Origin: an uncultured bacterium
GTDB taxonomy: Bacteria > Hydrothermota > UBA3072 > B12-G15
Length of the DNA stretch: 64,000 nucleotides
Direction of reading: 5' to 3'
NCBI GenBank assembly: GCA_965612735.1
Contig: CBFDSV010000005.1
Span: 866 to 64,865 of the forward strand
Shown here piece by piece: positions 63,999 through 64,000 of this stretch. The notes below the pieces were generated by a model, which worked only from the letters and a program-made list of their open reading frames with translations, ran no database searches and was not told the origin of the DNA. The translations under genes and the position numbers were made by a program. Position 1 is the first letter of the stretch. Every line of letters starts with the position of its first letter.

Positions 63999-64000
63999 AA

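Overview
This 64 kb window appears to come from an anaerobic, moderately low-GC (about 42-44%) bacterium. Four cargo genes carry type IX secretion (T9SS) C-terminal sorting domains, which suggests the FCB superphylum or an allied candidate phylum. Most of the window is core metabolism and information processing, listed under features. The unusual material is as follows.
(1) A REP/RAYT system. An IS200-like HUH tyrosine transposase gene (43471..44457) is flanked by inverted copies of a roughly 30-nt element: a GC-rich imperfect hairpin followed by a TTGACA direct repeat. At least four more copies of this element lie in intergenic regions across the window, and several of them supply the stop codons of neighbouring genes.
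(2) An anaerobic ribonucleotide reductase locus with stacked oddities. Tandem NrdR boxes overlap a strong promoter. The nrdD gene carries two LAGLIDADG inteins, each inserted immediately before one of the two catalytic cysteines. The glycyl-radical domain is split off as a separate 59-aa ORF that is absent from the ORF track and is coupled to nrdG.
(3) A near-identical 433-bp intragenic duplication flanking the catalytic domain of a secreted M4 metallopeptidase.
(4) A lone BMC vertex protein (EutN/PduN family) paired with a PduS/RnfC-like flavo-FeS protein, with no shell-hexamer genes nearby.
No CRISPR arrays, rRNA or tRNA genes were seen. Hand-derived coordinates may be off by 1-2 nt in places; ORF-track coordinates are used where available.
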